Below, one piece after another: positions 12,761-25,299 of a DNA stretch of 64,000 nt. The notes below the pieces were generated by a model. The model saw only the letters and a program-made list of their open reading frames with translations. It ran no database searches and had not been told where the DNA came from. The stretch covers positions 92,318,001 through 92,382,000 of the forward strand of contig NC_042999.1 of assembly GCF_006345805.1 (NCBI RefSeq), in the 5' to 3' direction. The DNA is from Octopus sinensis. Taxonomy: Eukaryota. Position 1 is the first letter of the stretch, and each line of letters opens with the position of its first letter. A program made the translations under genes and the position numbers.

Positions 12761-14379
12761 TATTAACCACTCGGCTTCATAATCCAAATTATTATGCTTA
12801 TTGTTGTTATCTGAGTTTACCATGGACAGACAGGTTTTTTTTTACTCCATGCAATTTGGATTTTTCCAAGAGTAATAAAAGAAAACATTTTTTAAATATT
12901 TTCTGAAGAGAACCCTTCAGGAACATTCTGGAAGTCTTTCGCATGCTGAGGGAGGAATATCTGGACATTTTAGATGTAATTTTATTGTGTTTACATTAAA
13001 CCTAAGATAAACAGTGCCCAATTATAGAAGTAAATTGAACAGCACAAGGAAAAATAGTGATGACCCTTTGACACATAACAATGACATCAATTCAAAACAC
13101 TTCAAGGTTAATAACAACAACAATGTATGTACACAAAAATACATTTTACCAAACAAACAAATGGTAAAAGAATGGGGTATTTTTGTTGTGGACATTCAAC
13201 AAGGAACAAAAATTAACGACTTTTTAACAGATAACAGTGACATTAATTTAAAACATTCAAATTCTAAGAAAAGCAACAATGTATGTGTACAAAAATACAT
13301 TTCACCAAATGAACAAAGCATAAAAAATATCATAATGGATAGAATCACAAAAAAAATTCAGGAGAATAACAATAATAGGTCTATCTCTTAACTACTATAT
13401 TTGTTCACTGCAGGCAAACTAATGGACAGAATCACAAAAATACAAAAAAAGTATTCAGGAGTATAACAATACTAGGCCTATCTCTCAACTACACAAATTG
13501 CTACTTTCCTCATCACTTTCACCAATTTGATTGTCTGAATTATTCTCCTTGCCAGCATAAGTATAAATCATTCACCTGAAGAATAAATATTATCAATGAT
13601 TTCCACAAGTGCAAAGAGTCTAGGCCTTGCTAATTTACAAGATGAAGTGCTGGATTCATCACATGCTTGTTTCACTTTTTTTTTTTAAATCAAAAGTAAA
13701 CAGCTGTGAGGGACATCATTAACAATGAGTCATAAACACACTTGACTACAAAGCTGTAATATGATCAGTTGTCTATTTTTAGCAATTTATCTTTTTTTTC
13801 TATATGTTGCTGATGATGATGATATTTATTATTATTACTGAGTGAGAGAGCAATGCATGCCATCAAAATGACAATAGGGTCCAAAATATACAAAACCCAA
13901 TATACCCATTATGACTACGCGTCAGAAAAGGGTACACCAGGAATATGCATCACAACCATATTTGCATGACATGGTTACCGTAAATCAAGATAAACAGTGC
14001 ATGATCTTGCAGGTGGGGCCCCAGTTAGAATTTTCTTCTGGTTAAGTAGACCATCCTACTCAAGAGGTCCCTAAATGAGGGTTGTTTAAGGATGATGAAC
14101 AAAACACCCATTTTTCCAGAGGTGAAATATTCAAATTCCAAAGAATTCCTCCCAACACATGGCTATGATGCTCCCCCACTACTTCTTCTCCTGATCAGAG
14201 ATGCATATATTGTCAACCACTAAGGGATATGCTAAACTGGTTAAGGTCAAGCAATTGACAAACAAATCTGTGGTATTGAGCAGAATATTTTCTGTAACCC
14301 ATAATTTTATACCAAGATATGATAACACTTCCTATCAGTTAAAATCAAAAGCCACAAGAGCCACTGCCTCTTACTGTAT

Positions 14380-14460
14380 CAGTATTATTATTACTATTAT
14401 TATTATTATCATTAGTAGTAGTAGTAATAATAGTAGTAGTAGTAGCAGTAGCAGCAGCAG
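14380..14460. repeat. Compound microsatellite (ATT)n(AGT)n(AGC)n
   Basis: Directly visible. Confidence 0.95.
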
Positions 14461-14654
14461 CCGTTCAAGAATTTGGACCTGGAGACCTCCATTTCCAGCG
14501 ACTTCGAGGACCACCTCCCAGTGGTGTCGGGTGTCAACAAAGATCCCTCGACTACAACAAGATGACCAAAGATTTTTTTTCCAAGGTCTGGAGTCTCCTA
14601 CCCCAAAGCCCTAGACCATCACCTAATCACCCTTACCCGTCTTGCTTAATAACA

Positions 14655-14662
14655 ACAGCAGC

Positions 14663-14708
<46 letters not shown>
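14655..14708. repeat. (AGC)n(AGT)n microsatellite at the 3' junction of the R4-clade LINE
   Basis: Directly visible. Confidence 0.95.
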
Positions 14709-17078
14709 TTCCGTTGGTCGCACCTCATTTGTTGTTGGTAGTGTAACATGGATGACAGCTGACCACATCCAGTGGGCTGAGGTGGTACCTCCAATTGTCA
14801 AGCACTTTCTAAGTATTCTAGCAATTCAAAGGAGTGATATTTACTTTAAGTGCCTTGACCTGATGTTGTCTCCGATTTTTAAAAAATAACTTTCAACTCT
14901 GGTGTTCATAGTACCAAACACCCTGACAACAATTGAGACCACCTCAACCTTTCCCGCTATCAACAAATGTTTTATCTCCCATGCTAATGATTCATATTTC
15001 TCAATGTTCATCAATTATATGTCACAAACCTTATTGTCAGCTGCACAAGTTACATCTCAAAGCAAACACAGATTGTTGACTTTGTTAATCATTATATCTT
15101 CTTTGCAATGTGAAATTTCAGTTATATTGTATGAAAAGATAAAAAAAACTTTGGCATGGTCATTTTCTTCAAGGCCTTCTGGTTGGTGCTCGTATCATGG
15201 ACTTGCTTTTTCAAGACTGTATCCTCCACATAGTTCCAACGAACAATTTTCACTATGTTATCATGGAATCACTTGTATTCTTTGTATCAGCTTTGTGCAC
15301 TGGCTGGTGATATGCCAAGCAGTTTTGGACAAGCATAACCTATGGGTGTCACTCTTAGTGTGGAAGGCTCCATATATTATCAACATTTTTCTGATCTTGG
15401 TATTCATTTTCTTCAGTTCTCTCTTTTGCCATTTTATAATTCTTGCTTCATACCAGAGTGATGCTATCGCCCACATATTAACTGCTTGGATTTTATTCCA
15501 TCCAGTCAATTTTGAGTGCAACCCCATCCTTAGTCTTCGGAAATACTTCATCCTCAGTTGCTCTTTCATTTCCTTCTCCATTATCTCATTGGACTCTAGT
15601 ACATCAAGGTATTTGTAACCTTCCATTTGTTTAATCAAGTCTCTATTTGGTAATTCTATTCCTGCTAGGGACTGTACCTTTCTTGAGTCCAAAATCTATT
15701 CTAATATCAGTACTGAAACAGTGAACCGCGTTCACCAAGGAACTCACTTGTGCCTCATCCTTGCCATACAGTTTCAAATCACCCATGAAGAAGAAGTGGT
15801 TGATTGCTTGGGATTTTCCCTTTAGTTGGTACCTCAGGTTCATTTTCCTAAGTAGCAAAGTCAGGGGTATCATGTAGAGAAGAAAAAGCATGAGAGATAA
15901 GCTATCACCTTGGAAAATCCCTCTTCTGATACCTAGGGTGCCCAAACTTTTTCTTTAAGATGTTAGTTCAGTTTTCCACCCCATCATACTACTCTTCAGG
16001 AACACTTTACATTCCTTGCAATTCCAAACAGATCTAGGCACTCAATGATCCATGAATATGGAATCATATCATACACTTTGTGGTAGTCAAACCAGGCCAT
16101 TCCTAAATGTGTTCGCCTTTGTTTACAATCTTGCATTACAATTTTGTCTATGAATAATTGATCTTTGGTATCTCTTCATCTCCTTCTATAGCTTTTTTGT
16201 TCTGTTGGTAATATATCGTTCTCATCAAGAAATTTGTACAGTTTTTCTGCAACTCCTCCTGATAGTAACTTCCACATTAATGGGAAGCAAGAAATTGGTC
16301 TGTAATTGTCAGCAGCATTTCCCTTTGATGCATCCTTCAAACACAACACCATTCATCCTTTTGTCAACCAGCCTAGGATTTCTTCTTCTCCATTAATCAA
16401 TGTATTAAATTGCCCTGCAATTAATGTATGGCAACAACTGAACTTTTTATCTAAAATCCTTGTACACTATCAGGTCCTGCTGCTTTCCAACTGCTTATCT
16501 TTTCACTCCTGTTTCTGTGAAGTGGATAGCCACTTACTGGGGATAAGAAGCTGTTTGCTTCAGGCTGCAGAGTCATTCAGCTGTGGTATTATGTTGTTCT
16601 TCCTCATTCCATATTTTACCCCAGAAAAGTCAACTTTCATCAGCATCAGGTGACTAAACTTACACGTTTTTTATCATCATTAATTTCTTAATAAAATCTG
16701 TTTTGGTTGGCTCTAAACAATTTGTTTTGCTGGTATTGCTTAATCCATTGTTTAAACCTAGTTAGCTTAGCTTTTTTTGCAAGTATGCACTACTTCAGTT
16801 CTTCAATTACAACATTCAGGCCTTTTGTATCTACACCATACTTCTTCCTAACTTTTTCGAATTTACACTCATTCTTAAGTTTCCCATTTCTTTTCCTGAC
16901 AAGTATGGACACTGCACTGTTCAAGGAAGGAGTTTATATCTTCTGAAATTCTTCATTTTCACCAAAGTTGTATTTTTCTCTTCTATCCATCGCTATTATG
17001 TTCTCAGTAGTCTTCAATCCCATCCTTTCCACCACAATTCTACTAGCAGCCTTGATAAGATCATTTGTTGGTGTGAGA
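14709..17078 (-). mobile_element. R4/Dong-clade (RLE) non-LTR retrotransposon, 5'-truncated, degraded
   Basis: Minus-strand peptides: TNDLIKAASRIVVERMGLK; EELK*CILAKKAKLTRF..; IRRGIFQGDSLSLMLF; INHFFFMGDLKLYGKDE (RT YMDD-like); GYKYLDVLE; GWNKIQAVNMWAI; C-terminal IARILRKCL. Confidence 0.85.
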
Positions 17079-17094
17079 TTATTATTATTATGAA

Positions 17095-17300
17095 GGCAAC
17101 AAGATGGTAGAATTATCAACATGCTAGACAAAATGCTCAGTGGCATTTTGCCTATCTTTGCATTCTGAGTTCAAATCCTGCAAAGGTCTACTTTCCCTTT
17201 CAGCCATTTGGGGTTGATGAAATAAGAACCAGTTGAGCACTGGAGTTGATGTAATTGATTTTCCCCCTCCCTGAAAATTTCAATCCTTGTGCTTACAGTA
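17095..17300 (+). mobile_element. tRNA-derived SINE family A (CpG-decayed)
   Basis: TTCTGAGTTCAAATCC, GGGGTTGATGAAATAAGAACCAGTTGAGCACTGG core; homologous to the 58494 copy. Confidence 0.8.
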
Positions 17301-17497
17301 GAAAGGAAAAAGAGGATCACCACAGTCTCACCTCCATCATCATCAATTCAGAAGATTTAATGATTTATTTTAAAGGGAAGTAATTACATCATAATATACA
17401 AAAGGCAACTTTATATAATTAGAGAAAATCAAGATAATAGGGAAACTGTCATAAACATTTGAAGATAGTACAAATTTCAATGCAGCTGCACTCATAC

Positions 17498-17593
17498 CTT
17501 TAAATATTCCATGTTGACTATCTCAAGGGCCTTCTCAACAGATTTCACAACCAAAGTTAATTTTTCCTTATGTTTGTTTGTCAAGAAAAGGAT
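17498..17593 (-). CDS. M1AP: M1AP homologue, coding exon 4 (ILFLTNKHKEKLTLVVKSVEKALEIVNMEYLK)
   Basis: Acceptor ttttttgttagctacag|ATC, donor AAG|gtatga, 96 nt, phase 0/0. Matches human ITILTSQPGKEVVKQLEEGLKDTDL by eye. Confidence 0.85.
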
Positions 17594-17724
17594 CTGTAGC
17601 TAACAAAAAAAATTAATTTGAACTTTTTGAAGAGAGCAATATATCTTTCTCAGAAGTGACACATTTCAAGAAATATATTTACATCTATGCAGTTTTTGCT
17701 CACACATACACACACATCTAGGTG

Positions 17725-17880
17725 CAGGTATACCTGTGTGCTTAAGACATCTGTTTTGCAACTACAGAGTTTTGAGTTCAGTTTCATGGCATGCCATCTT
17801 TTGCAGGTGTCCTCTACTATAGCCCTGAGCCCTAAGCCTTATGAGTGAATTAGGTAGAAAAAGCTGCACAGGATCCAAAC
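17725..17880 (+). mobile_element. SINE family B (CORE-like), degraded
   Basis: GAGTTCAGTTTCATGGCATGCCATCTTTTGCAGGTGTCCTCTACTATAGCCC...GCCTTATGAGTGAATTAGGTAG, homologous to the 38.9 kb copy. Confidence 0.6.
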
Positions 17881-19544
17881 TTAGAGTTACCATTCAATAC
17901 AGATATGATGTAGAATTTTCCCACCTACATCATTTCAACTATGATCCCTGTACCCACTACACCATGCAAACAACAATGCTTTTCCATCTTCAAAAAGAAT
18001 AAAAGAATAAAAGCAAGATCTGCCATAAAGACCATATGAACTCAGTATATGGTCAATAACAAGCTAGAAATTACTACAAGGCCACAGAAATACTCATGCA
18101 AGTTGTAACACCAGTCTAGGAGCGATAGACCTCTAGTTCTAGACAGTGAAAAATCTAGAGTTCAGCATCTACTGGGCCCCCTAGCCTTTGCATCTAGAGG
18201 TGTCCAAGAGTAAACTTGAGCAAAGCTAACTGTCATATTACTTCCAAAGTTTTGACTGATTTTCCAGTTTGATAATAGCCTGATAATCAGAATATGTGAA
18301 TTAAGAGCACTCAATAAACTTTGAGAACATGCATTAAAATTATGTAACTTTAGAGGAGCTCAAACTTGCAAGGAGGAAGTCAAGGCAAGAAATTGAATGA
18401 ATTTGAATGAATTTAAAGGAACTATTTGGCAAATTTTGATTATGCTTATGAAATTGTTTTGCATAGTATTGAAACATTAATTATAAAAAGAATGATATAC
18501 ATGAAACTGAATTTAACAATAGATCTAAGAATAAAGCAATGAGAATGCTTTCAAATATGTGCAAATCACTATAGATTAGCAATTCATAAAAAATAAACAT
18601 TACTCATAAAATAAGTTTTAAAATATGGAAGAGAGTCAAGGTATAGCCATGAAACTACAAGTCATATCCAAAAGTACCCACTCTAATTCAGATGATATTG
18701 CCTTTCATTTTTTGAAAACTTTCTCCTATTTTGTGTCATCTTATATGCAATATAGACACCACAAAACAAATCTGCATATATGCTACAAAACAGACATCCA
18801 AAAGCGATCCTCCAAGAAAACATCATCATATCACATACAACCTGCCTTAAATATGATCAGAATACAATTAGAACCCTCACAACTGCTTCAAATATCAAGC
18901 ACCATTTTTACAAAGGATCTCTCCTGACAAATGCATTTCCTTAAAATAGTTACGATTGTATCTCAAAAACTGGCTTCTTACATTAAGTTCAGAAAATGCT
19001 TCATTTCATGACAATTACTGATATGCTACATAGCTCAGGAGAATCCCACAATGAAGTATATATCCTATATCTGAGACAGTGTTGCTACTACATACAGATC
19101 CAGAGAAAAGCTACCTCATTGATTAGCATAAAGTTACTCACAGACACTCTATAACTTCTGGCCCACAGACATGCTATTTCCCCTCTCTGCCTTTTCTACC
19201 AATACTATGGCCTCTGCTACTCAGAGCCAACTAAGCTTGTGTCACTTACATTCAGGCACTCCTGACTCAGTCATCTACTTTTATTGTCAATGTTGTGTTG
19301 AACCCACCAAGGTTCCAGACTAATCACTACATTCAGTACTTCTGATTAGAACATCAGCCCTCTGAATTATCTACCCTGTTCATGTTTTCCCTGAATGGTC
19401 AACTTGCAAAAGTCAAAGTAAAATATTAATGGCATCAATCTCACTAGTCTCAGAAGGCCTACAAAAGATGCCTACAAAGATCATAGGCACTGTCTCTTTC
19501 TCCACACCCTGCAAACAAAGAAGAATACTTATATCATCATCATT

Positions 19545-19800
19545 GTTTAACAGTAGCTGGCCAGGTAGAAGACTCACTAGACTTCTGTGTCTGATGGCTT
19601 TTATGGCTAGATGTCCTTTCTAACACCAAGTACTCCAGACAGTGGAGTGAGTGCTTTTTACATGATACCAGCACAGGCAAGGTCAGTTGTGGCATGGTTT
19701 TTACAGCTGGATGCCTTTCCAAATGCCAACCACTTTACTGTGTGGACTGGATGCTTTTTATATGGCACCAGTACTGGTAGGGTCACCAAATAACTTGCAA
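19545..19800 (-). mobile_element. RTE-type 3'UTR fragment, rearranged or duplicated
   Basis: TCATCATTGTTTAAC tail. The (C)TGGATGCC(C)TT(T)CC..AC(GC)CAAC block occurs twice, each followed by GTGCTTTTTA..TG..ACCAG.AC. Confidence 0.6.
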
Positions 19801-20050
19801 CACAAAGAATCTTTGAGAGGGAGCATTGGAGGAGGTGATCTTGCGTCAGATGATGAAAGGTTAGTGTGTGAGAGAGACTGAAACAGGTGTCTAGCTGTAG
19901 AGGAGGAACATGGTTACCCAGAGAGAGAGAGAGAGAGAGAGAAAGAGTATACATGTATAAAGTCATAAATGTTAACTAAATTGTTTGTATCAAAATGATC
20001 AAATCAAATGTATTAAGAATTAAGTATTTTCATTTGATATATCTAATTAC

Positions 20051-20233
20051 TTGGAGAGATGCATTCTTAAATTGCTGGAACTGTTGTGCAATCTCAATGA
20101 ATGCTTGTGATAGGGTCCGTTCCCTGTCTTCTAAGTGCTCTTTACAGCCAAGGTCTGCCATCTGTTTTAATTCATTCAGACAATATTGTATTCTAAGAAA
20201 GTTCCCTCGTACACTTATCATTGGTAACAATAT
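20051..20233 (-). CDS. M1AP: M1AP homologue, coding exon 3 (ILLPMISVRGNFLRIQYCLNELKQMADLGCKEHLEDRERTLSQAFIEIAQQFQQFKNASLQ)
   Basis: Acceptor tattttttacag|ATA, donor CAA|gtaatt, 183 nt, phase 0/0. Strongly resembles human M1AP CILPFVQVKGNFARLQTCISELRML...AVEDGLQQFKQY (recalled sequence). Confidence 0.92.
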
Positions 20234-22084
20234 CTGTAAAAAATAGATAGAAATTGATGCATTAAAATTATAACCTCTTAAATTGTCAAACATTATAATA
20301 CACCTGTCTTCCTTATCTATTAAAGAATTTAACCAGTACATCACTATCTTCAATAATACTGTCACTACACTATATTTTGTTATTTACATCTAGATTTCTT
20401 CAGCCATAATCTGAGAAATGTTGTAGAGAAATAGATCTCTTCAGCACAAAAATAACGTTACATTTTTTTCATTATTTAAGAGCATATATAATCAAAGAAT
20501 AGTACTCCTGTGTATAAGTGCAATTCGCTATACAGTGTTGCTCATTTATTTAGTATGAAGCCATTACTATATACACAAAAATTGCTTATTCATCTGGTAT
20601 GAAGCCATTGCTATATATACTCTGCTAGATAACCTTGATATGGTCATCGAGCAGAGTAGTCAGTTTTCACTTACCAATATAAGTTCACCATAAAGCTACG
20701 TCATCTTTCTATCTTTTCTACTACTGCTACTACAATCCATGTCTTTCTGAACTGATTAGGCTGCACACAGATTAAATGCAAAACTCAGTTTCGAAATGTA
20801 TTTGAGACACGTGAACACTTTTTCACACATTGTAATATGCATAGCTGACATATTATTGATACATTATTTAAAGATCCTAATAAGTTAATAAACCTTTGAA
20901 CTCTGAATAGTAAGACACCTATCTTGGTATTACCTCCACTGTCAATAGTTCTTGGTTGTTGATGAATATGGCTAACAATGTGGCCATCAATATCCAGATC
21001 GATAAATTTCAGTATCTGCAATATGTTTCTGTGAATTGAGATGAACCAAAACTTACATAAAGCAAATTTAAGTTGTTATTTGATATGGTGATTACAACTG
21101 ATTTTATTACATATATTTTGAACTTCTGTCAGTTTCCATAATGCTTTAGATAAGGACCTTAGTATGAAATTTTAGTATCTGAAAAAACAACAACAAAAAA
21201 AAAAGAAATACAAAAACAATGAAAATTCACAAAAATAGAAGCAGAAGTAGATTATCCCCTTTTTTTTAAAAGATTCTTTGATACAATTCTCAGGTGAATT
21301 TTATTTCTATATTATTCATTAATCAGATTTCATTCCACACCAATAACACACATCTAAAAGACTGGTATCTTGAAATAAACTTGCTTATATTATGATTGTT
21401 GTTTTTCTTATGGATAAAATCAATAGAAAAAATAACTTTTTTTAAAGAAATAACAGATACACTTTTGTACAGTGTGTGGGATGTATTAATGTTGTTTAAA
21501 AAAAATCCTTATATTTTGTAAGACATAAATTGAAGTAAAATGTCTATCATGCAAAATAAAATGGAAATAATTCATTTATCTAAGATTAAAGGAGTTGAGG
21601 ATTATGAATAAAAATTGCTTTCAGACTACAAGTACAAAGGCGGAAAAAAAATCTAAAACATGACTCTCATGTGAAGTAAGAAAGCTATTTACTTTCAACA
21701 TATATCTTTTTGAGGTAAGTATTCTATTGAATATACTCAAATAAAATGTAGTTTTAAAATTACCCTAAGTTGCATAAATAACATCATGAATTTTTAATTA
21801 AGTTTATATCTCTCTTAATGCATTTTAAATATTTAATGCTCATATTTCAGCCAGCATTAGAATGTTGAAATAGATTAAATGTACAAAAGGATTTTGGAAA
21901 TTCACATCAGTTCTTTGTCTCTTGCCATTGAGTTCTATATTTCCTATCTAATTAGCTTTCTTCAGATACTCATCCATGTGAGATTGAGCCTGCTACATTG
22001 ATTTGTATCTTCTACTACTTCAATTTCCTTCTTCTTAAGTCTCATTCCTCTTCTCCAGCCTCCATCACCTTTTTATGAGCTCCC

Positions 22085-22480
22085 ATTATACTGATTTACA
22101 ATCCTGGCACAAGGCCACACATTTGTAGGGACAGAGAATAATTAATTTAATCGAATCAAAACAGTACCAGTATTTATTGTACTGACCCCAATACTTGACT
22201 ATACACTCAAGTAACTTCTTCACTTTGAATACAGACCACAAAAGAGCTGAACTAAATTTATCAAAGCCAACAGGATGAAAACCATTGTCAAACTTAATAG
22301 GAATTGAGCTCAGAACATGAATGAACATTAGTAAATATTGATTTTAGAATAAGCATAAGGCCACAAAATTCAGGGAACTTGATTAAATCTTCTTTACTAC
22401 CTAGATGGAACTTCATTTTAACAACCCTGGAAGGGTGAAAAGCAAAGTTGACTCCGTGAGATTTGAATTCAGATGCCAAT
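22085..22480 (-). mobile_element. Two tandem degraded SINE family A copies
   Basis: Reverse-complement cores GGATGAAA...GAATTGAGCTCAGAAC (about 22270-22318) and GGGTGAAAAGCAAAGTTGACTCC...ATTTGAATTCAGA (about 22432-22472). Confidence 0.65.
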
Positions 22481-23300
22481 TTATCAAACCCTTTAATTAC
22501 ATTGTTTCTAGATATTTTGTTTATAAGAATCTTTCAATCCATATTTAATGATTCTCAAAAGGAATTTTATATTTTATTCATAACTCTGCTTGGCAGTTGA
22601 TCATTTATTACTAAAGTATGAAGCTATGATTTACAAGAAATTCTAAGAGATTTTAATAGCAGAAACCAAAAGATCATAAGATACAATAGCAGTTCAAGAG
22701 TTCCATTTTAGTATAAAAAGCAATATGTGGAACATATTTGTTTTTTATTAGTTGTTGATTAGCTCCAAATCAAAGCTCTGATTAAGAAAGTCTGTGATCA
22801 AAAGCATCCTACATGCTCTCTTTTAGGGCATGTAGGTCTACATTATCTTATGCATAATTCCTTTAAGACAGTGGAGATGCAATTTGTAAGAATTTATTTG
22901 TTATTTCTAGCAGGTTGAGAAATCATGTAAAGGATTCTCAAGAAGAGTAACAGGTCTATGATAACTTTTAAAAGTCTTCCTAGAGAATTAAGATAAGCAA
23001 TTCTTCAAGTCTATTTAGTTTGAATATCAACCAGACAACAAATGCAGAAAAGATATAAGTAGAAATAATTCCAAAGAATAAATTGAGCAAAGTGTTTCAG
23101 AATTTTCTGGGTGAGATGTAATAGATATGATACAAAGAGAAGAGATGTGTGAGCCAAATGGGCCAGGTGGAATGGATACATAGTTTGCTAGAACAGATGG
23201 AAAGAATTAGGAAGATGGTTAGACAATAATAATAATGAACAGCAACAACAATTATTATCAGCGTACTGTTATTCATTATGTTAATTGTGTGTATATAATG

Positions 23301-23511
23301 ATATGTTACCATTAAAGTATATAATTCAGTTATTCTATGGAATAACTAGATATTTCATGAATTACCTGGCTGAATCAGTTAAAGTGTATAAAATTATTAC
23401 ATTCTACAATGTAATAATTTTATACACTTTAACTGATTGAGCCAGATAATTCATGAAATACCTAGTTATTTCATGAAATAACTGAATTAATATACTTTAA
23501 CAATAACATAT
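23301..23511. repeat. Long palindrome (fold-back/MITE-like), arms about 103 bp, 4-nt loop
   Basis: The inner 63-bp arms, 23341-23403 and 23408-23470, are inverse complements with 3 mismatches around the loop CTAC. Pairing continues outward with a few mismatches. Confidence 0.9.
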
Positions 23512-23784
23512 ATATTTTTTACATTTCTTCTTCTTTCTTTCTTGACAGACACTTATCAGCCATTTCAAGTTTCACTTGAAAAAAAAAATGAGGGTGGAGA
23601 GGGAGATGCTCAGCGAATTTGTTAAAAGTGAATGCGAGTCATAAGCATGGTCTGAATGAACAGGTTTCCTATGTGCCTGTAGATAGGAGAATAACAACTA
23701 AGATAGGACACTTGGTTTAGTGGTTTGAGTGACTATAGTTTTTGTGGAGTTTCCATTTTAAGGAAATTTTTCATTTCTGTATTA

Positions 23785-24994
23785 TATCAGGTCATCCCAC
23801 GAGTTCTGTCCAAATTCTGAATAAAGAAAACAAGTGATCAAATGTTATATTTAATTGAAATTTAATAATCGATGTACTTTCCTTGATTATCTATGACTTC
23901 CTTCCATCCATTTATAAGCTTTTTAATCCCATCAATGTAAAACTCTTTTGGTTTCAAAGCGAAGAACTCTGAAATGTCAGTTTCGACCTCCTCCTGGCTT
24001 ATGAAAGTTATGTCCCCCAAATGATTCTGTAAACTACGAAACAAATGGCAGTCTGATGGAGTAAGGTCGGGAGAATAAGGTGGATGAGGAATTTTTTCCC
24101 AACCAAGATCTTCGATCTGTGATGTGATTCTTGCAGAGTGGGGTCATGCATTATCCTGATGAAACATCACTCCTTTTCGATTCACTAAAGCGAGTCTTTT
24201 TTACTTCAAAGCTTGGTTCAAATGCTCTAATTGCTGACAGATTTGAGCATTGATTATTGCATTATGTGGTAGCAATTCAAAGTGAATTACTCCTTTGCAA
24301 TCCCACCAGATAGAGAGAAGAACCTTTTTCCCATGAAGTTCCCTTCTCGGTTGTGGTTGAGCTTTTCCCTTTTACCAAGCCACTGTTTACGACATTTAAC
24401 ATTTCGAAAAAAAGATTCAATTTTCATCACCAGTCACAAGTCTATCCAAAAAAGGTGAAATGAGCTCGCGAAAATGGAGAGAAGAGCAGATGTTAACTTG
24501 AGATTTGTGGTTGCTTTTGGACAATTCATGAGGTACTCACTTTCCAAGTTTAACTGATAATGCAGGATTTTCTTCAAGTAATGCCTCAAGGAGCTTATCA
24601 TCAAATTTAATTGGCCGTCCTGTTCAATCTTCATCTTCAAGGCTGAAATCTCCACTTCTGAATTTTGCAAACCATCTTTTGCAAGTTCTTTTATTCAAGC
24701 ATTATTTCCCATAAACTGAGTGTATGTTTCAAGTTGCTTCGGCTGCAGAATTTCCTTTTTTGTACTCATAAAGCATTATGTGCCTCAAATGCTCTTTGGA
24801 TATTTTTATGGTAGAAAGGGTTTTAATCAAAGAAATTTTAATTCTATTATTCTATAAAATAATATTTAATTAGTTTAAATGTACACAGATGCATACAAAT
24901 AATTTTAAAATTCTATTAGACATTCTAAAATACTATTAAATTTCATTCAATTTAAAAAAGTAAAATTGGACAGAACTTATGGGATGACCTGATA
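23785..24994 (-). mobile_element. Second mariner family element, degraded
   Basis: TIRs TATCAGGTCATCCCACGAGTTCTGTCCAA and its inverse (2 mismatches), TA flanks. Minus-strand [24 protein letters not shown]...[18 protein letters not shown]...GKY. Confidence 0.9.
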
Positions 24995-25299
24995 TAATTT
25001 TTTTCCCCATTTTTACGCTGTCCTTGATTTTCTTGTCAGCTCTTGTGATAAATAAAGAAAGCATCATCATCATAATTAATTATCATTATTTGAATTGTAG
25101 TAGCTTTGTTTTATATGAACTGTTGTAAGTCTCGATCAGAGACTGCAGAAAATAACAAGTTGACTCTTTTACTGTGGGAGTTATCTATGAGTTGGTGTAA
25201 TGGTAGCACATCTAACATTCATTAGAAGGGGTGGTGTTGATTCCCATAGACTCTAGTGTCCAATTTATTTTTATTATCTATGTGTAGCAATGATATATT

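Noticed and set aside
14902-15618. 238-aa hydrophobic plus-strand ORF
   Set aside because: Antisense shadow of the R4-clade RT region on the minus strand.
18100-19400. Possible LINE fossil including ORF 18625-18927
   Set aside because: Composition is suggestive, but I could not identify a diagnostic motif, so no feature is called.
20934-21015. Possible extra M1AP exon (ILKFIDLDIDGHIVSHIHQQPRTIDSG)
   Set aside because: 82 nt would frameshift; weak polypyrimidine tract; exons 2 and 3 already join in phase and collinearly with human M1AP. At most a cryptic poison exon or a TE fossil.
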